Positions 55,271 through 64,000 of a stretch of DNA of 64,000 nucleotides are shown piece after piece; the stretch's first letter is position 1; each line of letters starts with the position of its first letter. The position numbers and the translations under genes are program-made. The notes below the pieces were generated by a model. The model was given only the letters and a program-made list of their open reading frames with translations, was not told the DNA's origin and made no database searches. The stretch lies in NCBI GenBank assembly GCA_053919585.1, contig CM132819.1; one strand, given 5' to 3'. This stretch comes from Euprymna scolopes. Its lineage: Eukaryota.

Positions 55271-57319
55271 ATGAGGTAATAGGAATGATATAATGAAGAG
55301 TCACTTATAGAAGGCTGAAGATGGATTTTGCTGAAGAGGTAAATATAAAATAGTTTAGGTTTTATAATAAAGATTTTGGAGTTGTGTTCTGCTTTTTTAT
55401 TGTTTTTTTTAAATTTTATTTTGAAGTAAATTATAATTGTTTTTTTTTTAATTTTCTTAATATTTTTAAAGTGTATCTTTAATTGTGCCCGTTGTGCTGG
55501 GATATATATTTGAAGCCTGTGGAAAGCATTGAAAAGAGCAAGAAAATAAAAAGAAATCGTTTAAGAAAAGAGTCAGTAGGAATATGTTATAATTTATTAA
55601 TGTTTCTCCCACCTGAAAGGTCTTTTTTGTAGTGTGAAGTTTTTTTTCACAAGTTTCTGTTCCTTACGTCTTGGGGGAACAAATAAAGTGGATGAAAATA
55701 TGAGCGCGTTAGCAAGAGAAAGAGAGAGAAAAGCAGTATTTATATTTTTAAAAGGGTTAAAATAAAAGAAACTTCACATAAAAAAAGACAAGGAAGGCGG
55801 GAAAGAAGTGCAGAATTTTAGAGAACTGACCCATTCAGATGCAATAATGCTGCCGACGCTGCTGATACCCGTTGCATATAATAAAATTCATCATAGTGGA
55901 GGAATGGAATTAAGTATAAGATATCAATGAAGAAATATCTCCAAATATCAGTTTCTTTAGAATTTAATTGATTGATCAGATTCCCGTGATTTTGGCAAAA
56001 GTGTAAATAATTCAAGTTCTTTATATCTTCAAATATTTATTTGTTGCATTTATTTGCTGGCTTTTTAGAAGAAAATGGTCTGTTTTTGGCTTTGCAGAAC
56101 ATAAGTTTTGCAAAGAAATAAAAAATAACATGAATGTTTTTGTGCATTTAAGATCAGACCGCCAATATTTTTAAACAGTCTGATTTGGTAGCAACATAAA
56201 GTTTTTGAGAGTATTTAAAGCGGTCAAATTATGGTGAAAATCCCCATTTAAAAATTCAAACATATATTTGGGAAAATACAGACAATTACTATTTAATATT
56301 TGTATCAAATTACTTTATTGTCTGTAGATGTCTATCATAATTCACATAAGGTTATATATCATTAAATATTCATTTTAATCTTACGGGGTCATAAATGTGG
56401 TATAAACCTTGTTTCAGGAATTTTTATGCCTGTTCTACGATATACATTTTTAGTTAAATATATGAATTATTAACCTTATCACAAAAATGTTGCTCTAGAA
56501 GCAGGACTTTCTTATGTCTCTAACCAAATAGAATACATTAAAAGAGAAAAGAGGTTGGGTAATCGTTTTGGGTTGGTTTCATAGCAACAAACAAATCCTT
56601 TCACTTTGAGAAGCGAGAATAAATAAAGAGGAAAAAATGATGAAGCAGACAATTTGATTTAGCCGAAACAGCAGACTCACCCTAACCCCATCCGATATTG
56701 ACCTTATATTATCCTCCAGCCACACCTGCTTTTTATTTTTTTTTCCTCCTCTGCTAGCAATGCCTCACTCGAGAAGCAGATTCCTTAACCAAACCCTGCC
56801 GATATGAATTGCTGCGGGAGAGGGCGAAAGGAAGAAAAAATATTGACAGCTATGTGAAAAGAGCGATTGGTTAGACAGGGTTTCATCCTAACACCAGAAA
56901 CCTTTCTACTGCCAAACGAAAACAGGTTTAGGCTTTAGAGCAGTTTTCTTTCTCTTCATATTTTTAAGGGTATTTTTTTCTGCTAAACTAGCAATGATTT
57001 ATGCGTGTATTCGTCAGAGTTTTCAGCATGCCAAAACAGAAAGCTGAAAAATCTAGGCCTATGTCACCCATTAGTTTACGAATCTCAATGAATGTGGGAA
57101 AGAATGCTCAATGTTTAAATCCTAAAGCCAGAGGTTGCAAAAAAAAAAGAAAAAGCTTTCATATACAAATAGAAACGCATGAAAAAAAAAACTGATTTTA
57201 CATTTTCTTTGGAGAGTTTCGCCAGCTAATATAAAAGAATTTTCCCTCGAAAGTTATAAATTGTAAAGGGTTTCTCTAATGCTGACATTTTTGCAAGGAC
57301 ATTTCACCATGCTCCTAAA

Positions 57320-57417
57320 TACAGCACTTGGTATTCTTATTTGAGAATACCAAGTGCTGTACCGGCTCAAGGTTGCTAAACTTTAGGGATAACGTGAACC
57401 AGTGCTCATGTGGTTAT
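57320..57417 (-). pseudogene. 5S rRNA-derived fragment with an internal fold-back
   Basis: tacagcacttggtattc (5S 3' end, reverse complement) and ccggctcaaggttgctaaacttt...gaaccagtg...gtggttat (5S 5' half). Confidence 0.6.
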
Positions 57418-58094
57418 AAAGTTTACTGAAATAATGTGCACTAATATAAAAAATGCAAATAGTAGGATTTTAAAAACTGGTTAAGTTAATAAAATTGCAG
57501 AGGCGATGTTGGAACAATTCATTTTCAAATGGGTAATGTCGGAAGTTATCCTTAGGGACACCAGTTAATTTTCTATTATCAGACGATATCAAATGTAAAG
57601 AAAAACACATGTAGAAGGTGATAACATCCGTACAGATGCAAATAGTTGGTTTAGTTATGATGAACTTAGAAATGGGCCAGGTTCAGCTGCAGTCAACAGA
57701 TAGAAAACATTGGAGAAAGACAAGAGGAAAGAAGAGAGGGACCTTTTTATTTCACGCTTATATAATTGTGTTTTGAAGGCCAACAATTGATAAGTAGGGG
57801 TCAGTGGTAAGAGGAAAGATCCTTTGAAACATGCTCATCGTTTAACCCATTTTAGTACCACAAAACCCAAATGCTAATACCATTAAACCGAATTTAATTA
57901 AATGAAAAACTGCAAATAATCTTGGCATGGTTTCACCATGATTGGGAATAGGATTTCAGCAAGGGAAGCGTTTTTTTTCTTTGTTTTTCTTTTTTGCTGT
58001 GAACACCTGTGGGAATTAGCAAGATATACTGATATATTTGCTACAGACATCATCATGGCTGTATTTGTTGGCAGGAAGATTTCGTCGTCCTTCC

Positions 58095-58190
58095 ACATAC
58101 AGCACCTGGTATTTTGAAATTACCATGAAGTTGGTACTAACCAGGCTAAACATCACTTAACCTCGGTGAGCTAACAGGAACCTATGTATT
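58095..58190 (-). pseudogene. 5S rRNA-derived fragment (SINE head or pseudogene)
   Basis: acatacagcacctggtatt...gtactaaccaggct...cttaacctcggtga...ggaacc is the reverse complement of diverged 5S. It has the same acatacagc end as copy 1. Confidence 0.65.
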
Positions 58191-60075
58191 AATTTATTTT
58201 TAGATTCGTAGATATATTATTTCAGGTATATTAGATTTTTAAAAGCACCATTACAATAGATCTTTTGTGAGAGTGATCTAGATCTATGATAGGCAACGAG
58301 TGGTTATTATAAAACCTTTGATCGACGTCAGTAAAATTGAGATAGCATTTTATTTCTCATGAAGTTTCTTATTAAAAGTGATGAGCAATAATACATATTG
58401 CTGTTATATATTTGTAAGACATTATGTAATCTCAAACACAAGTACACAAATCCAGTCATAGTAGAGCTTAATTACTACCTGTTATAGGATTGTTTACTAG
58501 TATAATTTTCTACATAGAAATGGATAAAGAAATAGAAATTTAGCGGTGAGATATGGCTTATAATGATAGCGAAGATATTACCAGCTATGAGTGTACTGCA
58601 AAGGTTTATTATAGAAATTTATTAACGTTTGTTTTTAATTTCATATTTATTGTTCTCCTAATCAACAAAGATATATTATGTGGTTCATGAAGTTCAAAGT
58701 TCAGTTATTGCAACTGCAGATATCTTTGAAAAAAAAAATGTTTTCTTTGCCCGAAAAGTGTTTTTTGACATTTTCTTAAATCAGACAACTTAAATGCTCA
58801 TGAAATGAGAATGGCGCACTTGCAATTTTGGGATTACAATTTAATATCACCTTGTATATTTTTATGTTATATACAGATATATTAGTGTAAAAATATATGA
58901 TCAACAGGTAATACAAAAACGTTTCATAAAATCGGTAATATATTTAAGCATTACCTGCCATATCTTGTAACCAGTCAGGTTCTTTAATTAGCCTCAACTA
59001 CTTATTCGTTTCCTTTAACTAACGCATTATCTTCACTTTATTTTAAAAGATATTATACTATTTTTGTATGGATATCATTCTAGACAAGCAATGTAGTCAC
59101 TGACTGTAAGGCGCAAAACAAAAAATACTTCAAAAGTAAAAAACAATAGCCATCGGTAAATGTTAAATGGATAGATTCCGGCAAAGAAAACAATTCTTTC
59201 CCCTTTATCAGAAACATTGTGTGGATTAAAGGACAAAATAATAGAAACGAGAGTTGTGAGGCTGGCGAAAGTAAATCCAAGGTCCACTTTTTACTCTTTG
59301 GTTTTTAAATGGACCAAACAAAGAGTGACATCAACACAGGCCAGAAGAAGCAAGTCATTTCCTCTGTTACATTAACGTTTGGTTAACTATTGCTACAATA
59401 CAATTATGTATAACATGGGTTTTATTTAGACAGACCCATCTTGTTTTATGTTACGTTGAACTCAAGTTTCCATTGTTCGTGAAAAAATTACCAGACTACC
59501 AGAATAGAATCGGTAATTGTGTTTGGTGTTCATTAAAAGCACCAAGCTACTTTGATTCGACGCATGAAACCTAGAGGTTACCTGGCAACATTAGATGTAG
59601 CAGTAAAATGTGTTAAACGATGATTAGAGCTAGCTGTATGGACATAATGTGTGTTCGTATGCGTTACTGGGAAAACCAACGGTGTGGGTGTGTGCAGGGG
59701 ATGAGGAAGTAAATGCTTTCAAAATCATAAAACGGAACGAAAAAAGGGAATGGAAAAATGTTACAGAACGAAAAATATAGCGGTTAAGCGAGTGTCGGTT
59801 TGTGTATGCAGACATTGAGAAAAGTCAACATGCTGCGTTGGAATGTGTCTTGGAACGCGAGTGATAAAGGTATGCATATATATCCTCATGCACAGGTGTT
59901 TGCGGGGATGGAAATGCATTTGCGAAATGTTGGTGTGGTCCCTTTTCGTACTTAACCAAATGTACACGGACGTTACCTGTGTGAATCGGGGGTGTGAATT
60001 GTGCGCTAACAAACAAAGCATATCAAAACAAAACACCAATTTCATTTAAGCCTATGCATCGCGCGCGCACGCGTG

Positions 60076-60116
<41 letters not shown>

Positions 60117-60659
60117 AGAGGATTAAAATACTGTCAGTAGACTAATATTCTGTTCCTTAAAAGAAAACTTTATGAAAGTGACTAGTAATGTGTTTGACCA
60201 ACTCTGTATAAGAGTAATCTTTCTTCCTCCTCATACCATTTTTATGTACATTAGATGCAATGACAAAATAATTTTAGTCATTTTCATAAAGTTTTTTAAT
60301 AAAAATACGAATAATCAGTCTAATAATAAAATTACACTTCTAATTTGATTCTGTCATATATTCTATGATGGTTTTCACTTTTCTATTAACATATGTATAG
60401 AAATTTATCCTTACACAAAATTGTATATGTGCATGTATGAATAAAAGTAATTAATATAAGAGTATATGAAACTTAATTATACATGGACACTAATATATAT
60501 GTAATATATGCAGGCCTAGGTGCATGCATGAATATATAAATAGGCTTGGTGGTAGATTATATGTCTCTGTAGATATATATGTGGATGTGCATATAATTTA
60601 CGTGTGTATGCAAGAGTTATATATTCCAATTATATGTTTATGGTGGGAACATTCAAATC

Positions 60660-60727
<68 letters not shown>

Positions 60728-61007
60728 AAAGAAAAGGGATATGTGTATCAAAGTCATGCGTATTTATAATTTCTACATACAAATGTAGATCAACTTCTTT
60801 TTGGAATTTATATGCTATTTATGCACGTAATATTTGATAGTAGATAACTATATCCAAATTATGTATATGCGTGCGCACACGATGCATAGGTATACAAATT
60901 TACATAAATATAAAACATTTAATATAATGAAAAAAAATTGATGAATTCCAAAAGTCAAATACAAAATTACGAAAGGAGAAAATAAAACAAAGCAGGTAGA
61001 TTCTTAC

Positions 61008-61081
61008 CCCATCTCCTGTGTCTGAATCTGGGTATTTCGTCCAAGATAACGACGATTTTCTTCTTGTGTTTAATAACTCAA
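61008..61081 (-). CDS. Eph: Eph receptor exon 2 equivalent (N-terminus of the ligand-binding domain)
   Basis: The sequence reads tttgtttcag|TT GAG TTA TTA AAC ... GGA GAT GGG|gtaaga and encodes xELLNTRRKSSLSWTKYPDSDTGDG, matching the Eph 'LLDT...L.W..YP..G' motif. It is 74 nt with phase 1 start and phase 0 end, and splices in frame to the W codon that begins exon 13539-14205 (G|W junction). Confidence 0.9.
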
Positions 61082-63702
61082 CTGAAACAAAGAAAACAAA
61101 AATCAAAATTTATGATACATGAAAGCAAAATGTTATCAAAGAGAAATACAAACATTATACATAATATATGGTGCTTTAATAGGAATACAGATTTTATTGA
61201 CAAATTAATATCCAGAGACCTTTTGCACCCAACAACAGAGCTAATTATACATGAAAGTTTTATTCATATAAACACTGAACTACCCAGCAAGTTATGTTTC
61301 GACCGAAGCTCAAATGAAGTAGATTTTTAGGCCGAAAAATACATGAAAAAAAAACAAACAAACAAAAAACGATGGATAGCCGAATGTTTGTATAAATAAA
61401 ACTACGTATGATTTAAGCGTAATAGTTGTTAATTCTTTAACACCAAAGCACGTAAACAGGAATAATAGGATGTTAGATTTCAGTAACAATGTTTGTATAT
61501 ATAAAGATTGCAAAACTTAATGTAGAACACAGAAATGCGTTACTAAAGTCATTTAACAAAGTACTAGGTATTACTATACACTCCACAAACTATTAATACA
61601 GCTTTCAAGTTTTAAACCAACTGACATTTTTATTTTCAAGTATCAATATTATCCGTCATCTATTACCATTTAAATAAGCCAGACAAAAAAGTATCAGATT
61701 AAAAATCAGCGCCTGCTTCTAAATCTTGCTTTTAACAGTAAATACCATCTGTCAAACCTGGCGCGATGATCAGACAGAGAGCAGGACGTTCTTTTCAATA
61801 AACAGATGCTTTGAATGCAAACGCAGTCAAAGGAAACATTATTGATGGTCCGCAGTTGAATGGTTTACAGCGAGCGAGCATAAAACTAAACTGACAATTA
61901 GATTTTGAATAAAGGGATGATCGTTGCCAAATACGAACGCAAACAGAGCGTTAGATCAACAAGTGTGGCACAAAAGACTAAAACTATTGTTTTTTTTTTT
62001 TTAAAAGGGAAAAAGCGAGAGAAAACAACCAAAACAAAAATAAAAAGGAAAGATATCAATGTGTAACGTATTGCAGCTCAACAACAAGAAAGCATTGGCA
62101 ATGACCCAACCGAAGCCTATGTCGTATAATCTGACAACTGTCAGACCATTAGCCGAAGAAATATGAACGACTTCAGAGTAGCAAGGGCTTTTCACACTTT
62201 GGATAGCGAATCTAAAGCTAACAGTATTCCATTAATTCTCCAATAAACATATTTTTGGAACAATCAAAGTAAAAATAACTCAAATATAAGTATTAACGTC
62301 ATAAAGTTAGGTATGCTATATTTATATGAACAGTATTCACTCTTAAACTAATTAACCGATCATTACGAATCGCTGCCAAGCGTAAGGGTCATACATGTGG
62401 TCTATATTAAGGATATTTTAATTTTAGTGGGTAGTAAAGTAATTTCCTCGGTAAAATTCAGATGTTTCCAATTTCTTGTGAAATTTTACTAAGTGTTATA
62501 CATAAATGTATAAACATTCTCTAACCTTCAATTTCTTTTTGAGCATTTTAAAAAGGTGTTCAAGGATCATAATACTAACACCCCTCCCCGTTTGAAAATT
62601 CAAAGCAGATTTGATAGTTATTAGAAACTAATTAAGTCCAATTTCTTGAATTTGAATTATTTTTAAAATGCCTTCAGCTTAAGCCTTAAATTGTAGACAT
62701 TTTATAGAATCAAAGTCATGCAATGAATTTTGATAAAAATTGAAATAAAAAATTCTAGACAGAAAGTGCAATAGCATGATATCTAGATTTTAATAATCGT
62801 AGAAATATGTTCTGTTTGGAACACATATCTGTGTGTGTGTGTGCCCTATGTTTTTCAAGCAACAAAACAAAACAAAAAAAAAAACAGGCACACTTTATAA
62901 AGAAAGGAAATCTGTTTACTTCTTATGGGTCAATACCATACGATTTGTGCCTCCTATGTTATGATTAGTCCAAATCAATGAGGTTGGGGTGAGGGAATGT
63001 GCTCTCTCACTATTCTCTTCACGCAGAGTTTCATTTACCACCGAAGCAGCGTACCGAGGTCTATCAAAAGGTATTCACTTAGCAAACAGCAGCGAGACGT
63101 GGACTTGGCGAGTTCACCCGACCCTCTCCCTAGCAGACGCTTCGTAATATTTCTTTGCACAGCTGGAGAGTGAACGAGAAAGCGAAGAGCGCCGATCTGT
63201 AAGGGAGTAAAGTTAACTCCCAATTGGAATTGGATATTGGAGAAGAGGTCGAGATTCTTTCCAATTTCACGGCATAATTCGTCTCGCCTTACCCAACGTC
63301 TGTAATTGATCAATAAAGTTTTATTGATTTTCCGCTCTTACTCAGCGGGAGAGTGGACAGCTTTTGCTATGGAAGGGCGACGAGGAAATTACGGGAAATA
63401 TTCAGACAAATGTCACGACATACAAACAACTGAAGATAAGCAGAGGGTAATTTATAAGGCTGTTGCAATGTTGCATAGCCTCGAGCAATTTATAGATATA
63501 ATAATATAATCAGTTTTTATTTAAAAAAATATTTCTGTAATTCCCAGACAGCTTCGTCCATATTAAATCAAAATTGTGTTCGTTTATGAGTAAAATTAAG
63601 TATATATTTAATCATCTGCATTATAGATTATTATATGAAGAAACACATTTTTAATAGAAATGACTTTAAAATATAAAAAAAAACTTATTAAAAATAATTC
63701 CC

Positions 63703-63745
<43 letters not shown>

Positions 63746-63746
63746 T

Positions 63747-63777
<31 letters not shown>

Positions 63778-63822
63778 TAGCCACCACATACAGTACTGTT
63801 TCGCATCTCATCAGTGCGGCTA
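63778..63822 (-). ncRNA. Minimal type I hammerhead ribozyme motif
   Basis: Minus strand reads TAGCCGCA CTGATGA G-atg-C GAAA CAGTACTG T A TGTGGTGGCTA. Stem I is CCGCA/TGTGG, stem II is 1 bp, and stem III is the palindrome ACAGTACTGT. The GUA triplet is at 63791-63789. Confidence 0.7.
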
Positions 63823-64000
63823 GGCAAGCAACTACCTCAAACTAGGATCGGACACCGAATTAACAATGTTTTTACATTGTACAAATACCTAAGCTCAGTT
63901 TGTTTACGCAAAGAGCATTGCTTCATACGCTAATAGCAATTTGTATATCACTTCCCAATATGCTCAACCCATGATATGTAGCATTATAGTAATCCACATA

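Larger units (their letters stand above)
14206..61007 (-). other. Eph: GT-AG intron (~46.8 kb including one N gap) between Eph exons 2 and 3
   Basis: Bounded by gt at 61007-61006 and ag at 14207-14206, with compatible phases. No convincing coding exon was found inside. Confidence 0.85.

Noticed and set aside
56681-56725. In-frame 45-nt candidate cassette exon on the minus strand (ag|GTGTGG...AGG|gtgagt)
   Set aside because: The donor is good, but the acceptor is preceded by poly-A rather than pyrimidines, and the peptide has no Eph similarity.
62001-63313. Minus-strand ORFs as possible Eph exon 1 (signal peptide)
   Set aside because: No ATG plus hydrophobic signal sequence ending at a phase-1 donor was found. 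Exon 1 is probably beyond 64000.

Overview
AT-rich eukaryotic (metazoan) genomic DNA with many (AT)n/(AG)n/(GT)n microsatellites and two assembly gaps. The composition and the 5S-derived sequence suggest an invertebrate, possibly a mollusc, but this is inference only. The window appears to lie inside one minus-strand Eph receptor tyrosine kinase gene. Two coding exons are recoverable: a 74-nt exon 2 (61008-61081) and the 667-nt ligand-binding/Cys-rich exon 3 (13539-14205), joined in frame across a ~46.8 kb intron. Exon 1 and exons 4+ were not found and probably lie outside the window. The introns hold mobile-element relics: non-autonomous Helitrons, hAT- and pogo-type MITEs, a deleted mariner, a LINE 3' end, tRNA-derived SINEs and Penelope-like repeats. 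The most notable non-coding signals are: (i) two type I hammerhead ribozyme motifs with intact cores (1608-1671 and 63778-63822), both sense to the Eph pre-mRNA and both next to (AT)n(AG)n tracts, plus several decayed ones; (ii) a 5S rRNA-headed SINE-like family; (iii) a fold-back with perfect 90-bp arms at 45577-45792; and (iv) a G-run minisatellite. Almost all other ORFs in the track look spurious.
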